A stretch of DNA of 44,041 nt from Promethearchaeota archaeon (GCA_048939245.1 JBHLPR010000014.1:1-44041); one strand, 5' to 3'; shown: positions 10,313 through 20,864, counted from the first letter of the stretch. Made by a program: numbers and translations. The notes: generated by a model from the sequence alone, not told the origin.

Positions 10313-11029
10313 TTAGAGCACTTGCCTGGCGAATTGTAATGAAAGCTTGATTTCACGCTGACCATCATTCATAGCGATACCCATGTGTCCAGGAAGCATT
10401 ATTTCAACAGGCAGCTGAGCTAATCGTTCAATAGATTGTATCAAAACCGTACCATTCCCAGTGGGGAAGTCTACTCGTCCAAAAGAACCGTGTCGAAATA
10501 CCACATCACCCGAAATAAGTAGCTTATGCTTGGGTTCGAAGAAACAAAGGCTTCCTGCACTGTGACCCGGGGTTAGTAAAACTTGGAAGGAGAATTCACC
10601 TACTTTCACGACATCACCATCATGGAGTTTTCTAGCAACCGGGATAGGGGGTAATCGTTGTCCCAGCATACTTCCTAAGACTATCGTATCATCACCTTGT
10701 TCAAGCAAAGTTCCTTCTTCTTGCGAGACCCAGACTTCAAGATCCTTGAGTCGACCTTTAAACTCAGGAGTGGCCCCCGAATGATCCAAGTGAGTGTGAG
10801 TAAGAATCAGCCGGTCCATCTGTTTTAATTCCAACCCTAGCTCCTTGATGGCGTCAACCGTGTCTTTAAAGAAATGGTGAATTCCTGCATCAAAGAGTAC
10901 AAACCGGTCTCCCTCTTTGACCAAGAAAATATTGCTATCCGGTAGCATTCCCTCACGTGCAACTATCCAATAAAAATCGTCCAGCACTTTTCGAACCGTT
11001 TTCGCAGCCATACCCACCAACACCAACAT
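10313..11029 (-). CDS. MBL-fold metallo-hydrolase (glyoxalase II-like)
   Basis: THTHLDHSG, TPGHSAGS, LISGD, GRVDFPTG, PGH. Confidence 0.88.
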   Translation of the reverse strand: MLVLVGMAAKTVRKVLDDFYWIVAREGMLPDSNIFLVKEGDRFVLFDAGIHHFFKDTVDAIKELGLELKQMDRLILTHTHLDHSGATPEFKGRLKDLEVWVSQEEGTLLEQGDDTIVLGSMLGQRLPPIPVARKLHDGDVVKVGEFSFQVLLTPGHSAGSLCFFEPKHKLLISGDVVFRHGSFGRVDFPTGNGTVLIQSIERLAQLPVEIMLPGHMGIAMNDGQREIKLSLQFARQVL

Positions 11030-11292
11030 GGAGACATAAATGTATATTATCTATCCATGTATCAACTGTTCCGTCTGACAATCTTCATCAAAGGCTTTTA
11101 TCACCCACTGACTGAGTCATATCTATCTTTTCTTTATATCTCCCTATAATATCCAGACCTAGAACCAGATATTACTCAGACACATACCATAGGAGTACCC
11201 AACCTTATACTCAAATCCGTAACAAGAATTGTTGAGCTCTCCCAGATCCGAAATGGATCATGAAGAGATTAACCTCTCTTCGTCCCAGTCCT

Positions 11293-11323
11293 TAAGGCCC
11301 GCAAGGGCCTTATTTCTTTTTTT
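11293..11323 (+). terminator. GC-rich hairpin with GCAA tetraloop and T-tract (intrinsic-terminator-like)
   Basis: TAAGGCCC-GCAA-GGGCCTTA followed by TTTCTTTTTTT. Confidence 0.6.
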
Positions 11324-11331
11324 AGAAGGCG

Positions 11332-11904
11332 TTATCGGTCTGCGAAGCGTTGGCTAAGCCATGGATCCGCATCTTGGTGATATCCACGTTTTTCCCAATA
11401 ACCAAGTTCGACTTCTGTGATGAAGGTAATGCGGCGGACCCATTTGACGCTCTTGTATGCATATAGTTTGGGAACGACTAGACGGAGAGGCCATCCGTCC
11501 TCAACCCTAAGAGGCTCTTCGTTACGATTCCAAGCTAAAATTACATCATCTTCCATTGCAGCATCCATAGAAATGGCAGAGGTATATTCGTGTTCCGCGT
11601 GGAAGAGAACGAACTTGGCAGAAGGTTTAGGTTCGACCCGTTTAGCTATCTCTTGAAAACGGACCCCTTCCCATTTGTTATCGGGCACACTCCAACCTTC
11701 AACACAATGGAAGTCACTTAATTGAGTTGTGACAGGTAAGGCGCGGAATTCTTCATAGGAAAAGACGTAGGGATTAGTGACGTCACCATCTATGGCAAGG
11801 GTCCAGGTATCAGGTTCAAAGGGTTCGGGCATTCGCTCAACAGTGCGAACGGGGAAGCCAGTAATCCAGCGTTGACCTGGTGGAAGACGCGGTTTTCGAG
11901 ACAT
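11332..11904 (-). CDS. Molybdopterin-dependent oxidoreductase (sulfite oxidase/MsrP family)
   Basis: RLPPGQ, DFHCVEGWS, WEGV, GWPLRLVVPKLYAYKSVKW, GYWEKRGY; ATG at 11904. Confidence 0.9.
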   Translation of the reverse strand: MSRKPRLPPGQRWITGFPVRTVERMPEPFEPDTWTLAIDGDVTNPYVFSYEEFRALPVTTQLSDFHCVEGWSVPDNKWEGVRFQEIAKRVEPKPSAKFVLFHAEHEYTSAISMDAAMEDDVILAWNRNEEPLRVEDGWPLRLVVPKLYAYKSVKWVRRITFITEVELGYWEKRGYHQDADPWLSQRFADR

Positions 11905-12056
11905 GAAAAAACGCCCGCTAGGGTTTTCGCACCTTTTGACTTCATATAGCCTTCGGATTTCCCTTTTCTCCTCTTCTTGCCACAGAAGGATGCCGCATTG
12001 AGTAGTGATAAAAAGCCTGCATACAGGGTTCATTTGAATCTGGAGGCTTAAAACCC

Positions 12057-12287
12057 ATGAGAAGCTACTTGACAATTTATATTAATAGTGAAGGTGCTGC
12101 ACCAAGTGAGGTTGTCGAACGACTCATGCGCATGGGCTTTCAACCAACTGCAGGCAACTATGATTTTGTGATCGATTGGGACGAGAATGGTACTGTCCAA
12201 GATATGATTGAAGTGGCGAATCAGGTTCATGCTACACTGAAAGGCTGTAAGGTTATCTTCAAATTGGAGTCCGTTCCGACCAAGTAG
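12057..12287 (+). CDS. Small conserved archaeal hypothetical protein
   Basis: NSEGAAPSEVVERL...GF....GNYDF pattern recalled from small archaeal proteins; clean ATG-initiated ORF. Confidence 0.65.
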   Translation: MRSYLTIYINSEGAAPSEVVERLMRMGFQPTAGNYDFVIDWDENGTVQDMIEVANQVHATLKGCKVIFKLESVPTK

Positions 12288-12297
12288 AATTTGAAGG

Positions 12298-13410
12298 CTA
12301 TTTTTCGATGACCTTCATTAGGAATTTTCCATTCTTGTAGAAGAGTTCATCGTCCGCGAAGATTTTCCCACCTTTAGTCATATCGGCAAGAAGGTCCCAA
12401 TGAATTGCTGATTCATTTTTGCCACCCGCTTCCTCAAACCCGTGTCCGAGTGCGCAATGGATTGTTCCGGTCAGCTTTTCATCAAACAAGATGTTTTTAG
12501 TAAATTTCGTAATGCCAGGATTCGTTCCAATCGCGATTTCACCTAATCGTTTTGAACCCTCATCGATACCGAGAATATGATCAAGGAGCTCTTGACCCTT
12601 TTCAGCAGTCGCCTTAGTTACTACACCCTTTTCAAAGGTCAGAGAGATATCTTCCACCTCCTTCCCCATGAAAATCCCTGGATATGAGAAACGGATCGTT
12701 CCTTCAACACTGTCTTCGATGGGAGAGGTAAAGATTTCGCCGTCAGGCATGTTCAAATGCCCGTCAGCGTTAATCCAATTTCGACCAGCGATTTTAGCGG
12801 TTAAATCAACGTCGCTGCTTTCGTATCTGATGAGTTTTTTGGTGTTGAGGTATTTTGTGATTTTGGCTTGTTTTTTGCTAAGTTGTTTCCAATGTTTTAC
12901 AGGGTCTGGTCTGTCGACCAGACACGAATTATACACGAACTCTTCGTATTCTTCAGTGCCCATGTTGGCTTCTTGTGCCAGACTAGCGGAGGGGTAAGGA
13001 ACGAGGGCGTACCAGCCCTGTTTAAGCCGAGCAGAAAACCGTTTCTGGATTTCGGTTTGGGCTTTTGCAGCACGAGCCTGTTTTGCTGGGTCAACATTAG
13101 CCATAGCTTTTCGATTATCTGAGGAATAGATGACAATGTAGCTATCGAGCTTGTCAATCATGTCAAGAAGGATTGGGTTGACATAGTCTAATTGATGGTC
13201 TTGTGCGTATTTGTAGAAGATTTCTTGGGTACGTGGAAGGATAATACGTGTAAAGGGTAGACCTCCAGCCTTCATAATTTCACGGGTTAATTCGAGAATC
13301 AGAGGTTCAGCGAAAGCTGGGGCACTTACACCTATTAAATCACCTTTTTTGACACCGAGAGAGTATTCAACAGTTAATTGAGCAAGTCGGGAAATGCGCT
13401 CATCAACCAT
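12298..13410 (-). CDS. Aminopeptidase, M29 (AmpS/PepS) family
   Basis: NMPDGEIFTSP, LGEIAIGTN, LFDEK, HCALG, NESAIHWD. Confidence 0.93.
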   Translation of the reverse strand: MVDERISRLAQLTVEYSLGVKKGDLIGVSAPAFAEPLILELTREIMKAGGLPFTRIILPRTQEIFYKYAQDHQLDYVNPILLDMIDKLDSYIVIYSSDNRKAMANVDPAKQARAAKAQTEIQKRFSARLKQGWYALVPYPSASLAQEANMGTEEYEEFVYNSCLVDRPDPVKHWKQLSKKQAKITKYLNTKKLIRYESSDVDLTAKIAGRNWINADGHLNMPDGEIFTSPIEDSVEGTIRFSYPGIFMGKEVEDISLTFEKGVVTKATAEKGQELLDHILGIDEGSKRLGEIAIGTNPGITKFTKNILFDEKLTGTIHCALGHGFEEAGGKNESAIHWDLLADMTKGGKIFADDELFYKNGKFLMKVIEK

Positions 13411-13482
13411 AATAAATTCACCTTAGGTGGGTCGTTGGTTAGAGACTTCAGAAGAAAAAGCTTTGTATTGGGAACTTGTTTC

Positions 13483-16356
13483 TTAGAAGTAGATACCGCG
13501 TTTTCGACAGAGCCATTTTACACCTTCCATCCCAAGGATTGCAGGAGTAGAGAGAAGAAAGGCGATAAGCCAGTCTGTTGCAGCAAGAGGTACAAATTGA
13601 AAATCAATGCCTAAGCTAGCGAGAATGATATTGACTTCAGGAATGTACATTAATGCTGCAAGCATGAGAAAGACCAACCCGATGAGAAGGTAGAAGAGCC
13701 AGTAGCTTTCATGACGAATTGATCGCCACATGGACTGGTTGATTCGACGAATACTGAGAACCATGAGAGATTCCGCTAAAAGTAACACCGTTACAGTCAT
13801 GGTCAATCCTTTGGATACAGCTTCAGGTCCGTATGGTTCAAGAAAGGTGCTTCCCGGAAAGACAGCAGTAACGGTGAAATAGAAGGAAGAGGCTGCCCCT
13901 AAAAAGATGAGAAAAGCGTTGAGGAGTAAATAAAGGCCAAGTCGTTTAGTGATTATGGATTCGGTGTCGCGGGGTTTTTCTTCCATGACATACTTGGCTG
14001 TTCGGTCAAAGACTAAGGCTAGCCCAGGCCAAGAGTGACTAGAAATGGTCAGAAAGATGTGTTGTGTTGGTGTAAGAAAGGGGATTCCGAGGAGAAACGT
14101 GCCAAAGAAGAGGATGGATTCACCGACATTTATGCAAATGTAGAAGAAAATCATCATCCGGATCTTGCTGAAGAGACCACGTCCTTGACGTACGCCTTCG
14201 ACGATGGAGTTGTAGCTGTCATCGGCGATAATCATATCTGAGGCTTCTTTGGCAACATCGGTGCCTGTGATGCCCATTGCGATTCCAACATCACTCATAC
14301 TGAGGGCTAGGGCATCATTGACACCATCACCAGTAACTGCAACCGCATGTTTTGCTTTTTTATAGCGTTCGACGATGATTTGTTTATCCTCTGGATCAAC
14401 GCGGGCAAACACACTGACCCGTTTGAAGTTTTCATCAGGAACAGTGATCGCATCTTTGCCTTCTATGACTAGATCATCCTTCTGTACGATGGCAAGCTGT
14501 CGTCCAATAGTTTCGGCGGTTGCTGCAGCATCACCTGTAATCATGATTGTTTTAATACCTGCGTTGGACACTTCGAGGACAGCATCACGAACGCCTTCGC
14601 GGGGAGGATCGACAAGACAGACAAATCCAAGAAATGTGAGTTTCTGCTCGATATTATCTCTGCGTGTTGATTCTCGACCGGCGGGTAATTTATCGAAGAG
14701 GCGGATAGCAAAGGAGAGAACCCGATAACCGCCTGCCGCAAATTCGTTAGCATAGCGCTCGATTTCTTTGGCTCGTTTCGTGGTGAGTCGTTGGGTGTCT
14801 CGATCATCGCCAATTTGGGTACATCGTGGAAGTACAATATCAGTTGCTCCTTTTACGAATGCAATGTATCCTCCTGCGGGGTTGGAAAATAGACGGGTCA
14901 TCCGCTTTAGTCGGGCATCAAATGGATAATCCTGTTCAACGTTATAGGCAGCCCGTAGAGAGTGTTCGTCAATACCACTTTTTCGTAGGAGGACAAGGAG
15001 AGCAGCTTCGGTTGGATCACCAATAGCTCGCCAGTGTAAAGTCCCTCCTTCTGTTGCTGGTTCTTCTACAATTTGTGCATCATTATTAAGAGCACCTGCC
15101 CGAATCAATAACGCCAATTGGCCATAATCTTCAATTGCTATCGTTGAAATAGTTGCTTGGTCTGCTTGGGCATGGGGATCGTCGACGAGCTGAATTTCGC
15201 CTTTAGGTTCGTAGCCTTCGCCTGTGACCTGGTAGAGGCGTGTAGCATCCGAGATGAGGCTTACCATCATCTCGCTTCGTGTGAGTGTACCAGTTTTGTC
15301 TGTGCAGATAATACTGACACGCCCTAAACTTTCAACCGCAGAAAGATCGCTGACAATTACGCCTACCCCTGCCATTGCTAATACTCCTGTTAACAAAACA
15401 ATGGTAGTGAGAAGCGGGATGTTAATCGGCATGACGGTCATCGCGTTAATAATGGCTTCTACCGCTAATTCTGGGGGAGTCATGAAAATGCCATCAATGG
15501 GTCGGGGAATGAGGAGATAAGAGGCAAAGCCTATGAGTGCAAGAAAAATAGCAGCGGATCCAAGATAGATTGCTAATCGGTTGACCTTTCGACGGAGCGG
15601 TATATCCCCTGTGTTGAGTGTTTCAAGACCCTGGCTAATATTCCCAATCTCAGTAGCCTCACCCGTTCCTGTTACAAGGAAACGTCCTGAGCCCGTTGCA
15701 ACATATGTTCCACTATATACCATGGTATGGCGTTCATGCAAAGGTGTTTCAGCATTCAAAGGTGATAGAGCAGCACTTTTTGATACAGGGGCACTCTCAC
15801 CAGTGAGTGAGGCTTCAACTGAAGTAAGGTGATTCGCTTCCAACAGGGGTCCATCTGCTGGTATACGGTCGCCTTGAGCGAGAACAACAATATCTCCCGG
15901 AACAACGGAGTCAGTGGGAATTTCCGTCTTTATCCCATCCCGTATGACCATTGTCGTGTCAGCCGTTAGTGAATGGAGGGCTTCTAATTTTTTCTGAGCA
16001 CGAAACTGTTGAACAATGGCTAAAAAGGCGTTAAATGCAATGACTACTATCCAGATAATTACATTGGAGGTTCCTGGAGTCGAAAAGAAGAGTACAATTG
16101 CCGATAGAATCACAATTACAACTAAGTAGATGAGGATTAGCCCGTTCAGAATTGGGGCGAGATAAACGCGCCAAAAGGAACCTCTAATTTGGGGAAGTTG
16201 ATTGGGGCCGAAGGCTGTTAAACGACTTTGGGCTTCGTCACCTGTCAAGCCTTGAGTCAAATCTGTATCAAGTTGTTGGGCTAATTTGTTGATAGTCTGA
16301 CTATGGGGGTTAGAAATAAGCTCCTTTCGTGATTGGGTCTCTCCGCTGGAAGACAT
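13483..16356 (-). CDS. Cation-transporting P-type ATPase (P2-like)
   Basis: LTGES, DKTGTLT, GDPTE, KGA, DPPR, MITGD, TGDGVND; about 10 TM helices. Confidence 0.93.
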   Translation of the reverse strand: MSSSGETQSRKELISNPHSQTINKLAQQLDTDLTQGLTGDEAQSRLTAFGPNQLPQIRGSFWRVYLAPILNGLILIYLVVIVILSAIVLFFSTPGTSNVIIWIVVIAFNAFLAIVQQFRAQKKLEALHSLTADTTMVIRDGIKTEIPTDSVVPGDIVVLAQGDRIPADGPLLEANHLTSVEASLTGESAPVSKSAALSPLNAETPLHERHTMVYSGTYVATGSGRFLVTGTGEATEIGNISQGLETLNTGDIPLRRKVNRLAIYLGSAAIFLALIGFASYLLIPRPIDGIFMTPPELAVEAIINAMTVMPINIPLLTTIVLLTGVLAMAGVGVIVSDLSAVESLGRVSIICTDKTGTLTRSEMMVSLISDATRLYQVTGEGYEPKGEIQLVDDPHAQADQATISTIAIEDYGQLALLIRAGALNNDAQIVEEPATEGGTLHWRAIGDPTEAALLVLLRKSGIDEHSLRAAYNVEQDYPFDARLKRMTRLFSNPAGGYIAFVKGATDIVLPRCTQIGDDRDTQRLTTKRAKEIERYANEFAAGGYRVLSFAIRLFDKLPAGRESTRRDNIEQKLTFLGFVCLVDPPREGVRDAVLEVSNAGIKTIMITGDAAATAETIGRQLAIVQKDDLVIEGKDAITVPDENFKRVSVFARVDPEDKQIIVERYKKAKHAVAVTGDGVNDALALSMSDVGIAMGITGTDVAKEASDMIIADDSYNSIVEGVRQGRGLFSKIRMMIFFYICINVGESILFFGTFLLGIPFLTPTQHIFLTISSHSWPGLALVFDRTAKYVMEEKPRDTESIITKRLGLYLLLNAFLIFLGAASSFYFTVTAVFPGSTFLEPYGPEAVSKGLTMTVTVLLLAESLMVLSIRRINQSMWRSIRHESYWLFYLLIGLVFLMLAALMYIPEVNIILASLGIDFQFVPLAATDWLIAFLLSTPAILGMEGVKWLCRKRGIYF

Positions 16357-16415
16357 CCGGCTTCCCTAAATGGGCTTGTGCGAACGTTGCTTAAAAGTGA
16401 ATTGCGATGTGCCCT

Positions 16416-18809
16416 TTAATTAGCCGGTTGATTATGTTCTCGCATGATATTAGCCATTTCTTGTAGTCGTTTATCGACACGCCCAAAAATCGAATCTCCA
16501 GGATATGTACCATCTTTTTGCTTTTTGCCAGCAGGAACACCGGTAAGAAGTTCAATTCCTTCTACAATAGTTTTCACAGAATAGATATGAAATTTCCCTG
16601 CCTCGACAGCTTCAATCACTTCATCCTTCAACATAAGGTTTTGTGCATTGGATTCAGGAATCAGGACACCCTGATTACCAGTTAATCCCAATTCTTTGCA
16701 CACCGCGAAGTACCCTTCAATTTTTTGATTTACTCCCCCAATAGCTTGCACCTCTCCATGCTGGTTTACTGATCCTGTAACAGCAAACCGTTGGTGAATT
16801 GGAATCTCTGAAAGAGCGGATAACATGGCATAGAGTTCAGTGCTACTGGCGCTATCTCCATCAACGCCTCCATAACTTTGTTCAAAGGTAATTCGCGCTG
16901 ACAGACTCAATGGTTTGTCTTGTCCGAAAACCTCATGCAAGAACCCTGTCAGGATTTGAACGCCTTTAATTTGGATAGGGCCACTAAGTTGGGCTTCACG
17001 TTCAATATCAATTACCTGCCCACGTCCGGGTGCGACAGTAGCTGTAATTCGAGAGGGTTGCCCGAAACTAAAGTCCCCAAGTGCAAGAACGGAGAGTCCA
17101 TTAATTTGCCCAATAGCCTCGCCTTCCGTATCAATTAGAATGACGCCTTTCTTTATGTATTCTCGCACTTTTTCAGCGTAAAGGCTTGATCTGAAAAATC
17201 GTTCATCCAAGGTTTTTTTGATATGGGACAGGTCAATGGTATTTTCTCCGTCTTTTTTCGCATAAAAACTCGCTTCACGAATGATATCGGAAACAACATC
17301 GAACCGCGTTGACAGCTTGTTTTGATCATCCGCAAGGCGCGAACTAAAATCGACGATTTCAGCAATTGCCTCAACATTCAAAGGTAGAAGATCTTCTTTT
17401 TCTGTGAGTGTGCAGATGAAATCACCATAGATTTTCACAGCCTCTTTTTTCCGGTCCATAGATGTATCGAAGTCCGCTTTCACCTTGAAGAGCTCACGAA
17501 AATCGGGATCTAGCTGGTACAGTTGTTGATACCACAGAGGTTGACCAATCAAGATGACTTTAATGTTCAACGGGATTGGTTCAGGATGCAGGGTTTTCAC
17601 TGAGAGAAAGCCCAACGTCTCAGCAGGTTCTTCAATAACAATCTCGTCATTTTGAAGGGCACGCTTTAAAGCTTGATATGAAACGGGAGCCATCAGCAAT
17701 TCACGAACGGGAATAACGACATAACCTCCGTTTGCTTGGTGGAGAGCACCCGCACGAATCATTGTCGTATCTGTGATTAAAGCACCAAATCGGGGTTCTT
17801 TTTCAATGAGTCCAAACAACCGATTATATGCGGCATTTGTCACCTCAATAATAGGAGCGCCTTCGGCTTCTGAGTGATCAACGACCAGATTTACTTTATA
17901 GCGACCCGCAAAATCTTCCGGTGAGGGCATACGCATGAGAAGCTCGGGAGGAAGCCCCTGGGGTTTTCGACCAATGAACTGATTCAAATTTTCAATCATA
18001 TCATCAGCCATTTCATTAACCCAGGCTACAACCTTTTCATTACCTTCGTACTCTTCCACAATTTCATTAATCAGCGGTTCAAGTGTAAACCGTACTGCTT
18101 TTTCCTCCATTTCCCGAAGCTGGTCCCGTAAATCCCGTTCCAGAGAGCGAAGCTTCCGAAAAGCAGAGCGAAGCTTACTTTCAAGCTCGATCTGCCTTGC
18201 TTCGATTTCCTTCCGCATCTCAGGCTTCAGTTTTGGAATCATATCTGGTGTGATTGGTTTTCCTTGAATAACAGGGACAATTAATAATCCCGTTTGAGTT
18301 CCCTGCAACACAAACCCAGCCTCTTGGGCTTTCTGGCGCATTTCTTCAGTAAGCGTATCCCGTTGAGCTTCAAAGGTCTGACTTAATTCCTCCCTCTGCT
18401 TGGCATATTCTTCACTTTCCAACATCTGTCGAATGGATGTCCGCGCGGCTTCAACGAATTGATCGATTTTCGCGACAAACACCTTACCCATACCCGCTGG
18501 AAACTCCAATGCATTGGGTTTAAACTGATTCTTGAAATTCGTCACATACGACCAATCTGAGGGGACTGCACGTTCTTGGGCAATTTCTTCAAGGAAACGT
18601 GTAGTTGCGGTATGACGCCCAGTTCCCGGGCGGCCAGATACATAGATGTTAAAGCCTTTATCTGGTATTTCCAAGCCAAATTGTAATGCCTTTAATGCGC
18701 GAGGCTGTCCTACGATCCCTTCTAGAGGGGATAACTCGTCGCTGGTTTTACATGAGAATTCCTTCGTTTTACATCGGGCACGAAGTTGATCAGATTTCAG
18801 TTCCGGCAT
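16416..18809 (-). CDS. Lon-like (S16, LonC/AAA_32-type) protease
   Basis: GQPRA, GRPGTGR, GALHQANGG, GQINGL, EQSYGGVDGDSASS, IGGVNQKIEG. Confidence 0.92.
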   Translation of the reverse strand: MPELKSDQLRARCKTKEFSCKTSDELSPLEGIVGQPRALKALQFGLEIPDKGFNIYVSGRPGTGRHTATTRFLEEIAQERAVPSDWSYVTNFKNQFKPNALEFPAGMGKVFVAKIDQFVEAARTSIRQMLESEEYAKQREELSQTFEAQRDTLTEEMRQKAQEAGFVLQGTQTGLLIVPVIQGKPITPDMIPKLKPEMRKEIEARQIELESKLRSAFRKLRSLERDLRDQLREMEEKAVRFTLEPLINEIVEEYEGNEKVVAWVNEMADDMIENLNQFIGRKPQGLPPELLMRMPSPEDFAGRYKVNLVVDHSEAEGAPIIEVTNAAYNRLFGLIEKEPRFGALITDTTMIRAGALHQANGGYVVIPVRELLMAPVSYQALKRALQNDEIVIEEPAETLGFLSVKTLHPEPIPLNIKVILIGQPLWYQQLYQLDPDFRELFKVKADFDTSMDRKKEAVKIYGDFICTLTEKEDLLPLNVEAIAEIVDFSSRLADDQNKLSTRFDVVSDIIREASFYAKKDGENTIDLSHIKKTLDERFFRSSLYAEKVREYIKKGVILIDTEGEAIGQINGLSVLALGDFSFGQPSRITATVAPGRGQVIDIEREAQLSGPIQIKGVQILTGFLHEVFGQDKPLSLSARITFEQSYGGVDGDSASSTELYAMLSALSEIPIHQRFAVTGSVNQHGEVQAIGGVNQKIEGYFAVCKELGLTGNQGVLIPESNAQNLMLKDEVIEAVEAGKFHIYSVKTIVEGIELLTGVPAGKKQKDGTYPGDSIFGRVDKRLQEMANIMREHNQPAN

Positions 18810-19333
18810 ATCTTATCTCTCCATGAATTCGAAACTGTTAGGATTATCTCCTATTTAAGGCTCTTCAGGTTCTACAAGTCCGCAGTCCAGATTCTTTTGC
18901 CGATGAAATTCGTAGGTAATACAAGTAAGAAGTGAAAAAAACCAAACCCGCTAAAAGCACTAAGCACTGCATTTCAAATAAAGTAATGACTTAACGTCGT
19001 AAGTGGTTGTGAAAACCAGAAGCGCTTAAGGAAAATTCAAGTCAAACCTAGAATCTCCTAGCTGAAGATGCGATTAGCGAAGAGATAGGATTTTGTGTGA
19101 GGGGTTGTATGCTTCTAGCTGAGAATGATTAGACCTAGAATTTTCTTGGTCGTGGTTTGCATACCGCCGCCCTCAACGGGGTGTAGAAGACATAGACACC
19201 GTTTGTGGCTTGCACCCCACATTTTCTTGCGTGCAGGCATCAAATTCTGTTCTAATCCGTTCTGGTCATAATTCCTCCTTTCACCAGTTCCCGAGGTTGA
19301 AGACTTCCCTCAGTCGATAAATTATACTATGTA

Positions 19334-19855
19334 TTAATCGCGAAATATTCCAGTTGCAAGTGCATCTAATGCAATCAGGAAGAAACCCATTGAGATGAAG
19401 AAGATGTAAGCTACTAGACCTAGGAAGTTTCCAATCCAGATTGCAAGAATTAGGATGATTACGATTACACCAAGAGTGATAAACACTGTTCGGCGGTAAT
19501 CTGGTTGTACACCAACTTGGATGTTGATTATTAGAAGGAAAACACCGATGAGGATAAAGGCAAATAGAATAATATTCAAGACGATTGATTCAATGGTAGC
19601 AAAGAGTATGAGAGGGATACCGAGTACAAGTATTATGATTCCAAAGATTATGGTCGAATAACGTAGCCAATTAGGGAAGCTTGTATATTGGAAGCTATAG
19701 GTTGTTTTAAGAAGCCCCGTAAATAACAGAAGTGCTCCAAGATAGAGGACAAAGGTTTCAGCGCCCAGTATGAAGGGAAAGAACACTATTCCGATTGCTA
19801 GTATTAATGCAATGATTCCTATCAGAATGTTTGCCCATTTGAACCAGGTTGGCAT
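19334..19855 (-). CDS. DUF308/HdeD-like membrane protein (paralog 1)
   Basis: Six TM helices with repeated P.W.(R/K) and IIGII units. Confidence 0.65.
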   Translation of the reverse strand: MPTWFKWANILIGIIALILAIGIVFFPFILGAETFVLYLGALLLFTGLLKTTYSFQYTSFPNWLRYSTIIFGIIILVLGIPLILFATIESIVLNIILFAFILIGVFLLIINIQVGVQPDYRRTVFITLGVIVIILILAIWIGNFLGLVAYIFFISMGFFLIALDALATGIFRD

Positions 19856-20029
19856 GGATTTCGTTTCAGTCAAAGTACAAAACCTCAAGTGGAGCTTGCC
19901 TTGCATCTTCTATTTATACTGTGTTCTTTACCCAAATCCTTCTAATTACGCCTCAACCAACTTTGAGGAGGCTTCAGCTATTCCGGAGAGTAGCTGAAGG
20001 AAATATGGGTTCTACGTGAGGTTGCCATT

Positions 20030-20575
20030 TCATGCAGACTGATAACCTGTTAATCCTTGAATTAGAGCATCAAGTCCAATGATCACTAGAGCAAAAGCGA
20101 TGATATACAGAGTCAACAAGATCCCCAGTCCAAAGAACAGATAGTTGACAAATCCGAGAATCACTAGGATAAGTCCAAATACGATATGAAGAATTCGTCG
20201 AATTTGTGTATTTGTTTTCACTAATAACCCGTTAAGGATTTGATCAACGCCAATAAGTACTAATGCTATCAGAATTAGGAGGTTTAACCATGCATCCCCA
20301 AACCCAGGGAGGAGGATGACAGGGAGACCCAGGATGATGAGGGCGAATCCAATGATAATACTGATATACTGTTGCCAGGCTGGAAATTGAGTATAAGTGA
20401 CACCACCGTAAGTTCGGATAATGATTTTGATTAAGAAAAGGATTCCGAGAATCACGATTCCATAAGCAACATAAACATCAGGATAAAGAATCACAGAGAC
20501 ACCGATTAGGAACGCGATGATTCCAATAATGAAATTCAACCAGCGAAGCCAAGATGGTAACCTTACTTCTGTCAT
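20030..20575 (-). CDS. DUF308/HdeD-like membrane protein (paralog 2)
   Basis: Aligns with the neighbour: PSWLRW/PTWFKW, YTQFPAW/YTSFPNW, LDALIQG/LDALATG. Confidence 0.65.
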   Translation of the reverse strand: MTEVRLPSWLRWLNFIIGIIAFLIGVSVILYPDVYVAYGIVILGILFLIKIIIRTYGGVTYTQFPAWQQYISIIIGFALIILGLPVILLPGFGDAWLNLLILIALVLIGVDQILNGLLVKTNTQIRRILHIVFGLILVILGFVNYLFFGLGILLTLYIIAFALVIIGLDALIQGLTGYQSA

Positions 20576-20829
20576 AACGAACTAGCACCTTAGTCGCCTT
20601 CCCAGTCTTCTCCTATAAAAGATGTACTCTTCTCCCTAGATAACTACAAAGTCACAAGTAGACAAATATGCAAAAAAATCTTGATGGTGACAGGGCTACA
20701 CTAGACCTTCTTCTCAATGAGGAACTCGTCAAAGAGCGCCCTGTTCGACTTCAATTTAATGATTTTATACATACTGCGTATCGTGGTTTGCACGGTAGAG
20801 TCCTGGCTGTTCGGGCATTTAAATAGCGG

Positions 20830-20864
20830 GGTATATCATAGTATGACAGCTAGTTACTTAAGGA
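20830..20864 (+). repeat. 35-bp direct repeat, copy 1
   Basis: GGTATATCATAGTATGACAGCTAGTTACTTAAGGA; one mismatch to 22983-23017. Confidence 0.95.

Noticed and set aside
20668-20826. 52-aa ORF MQKNLDGD...RVLAVRAFK ending just before the 35-bp repeat
   Set aside because: No recognisable motif; it could be a gene remnant but cannot be supported
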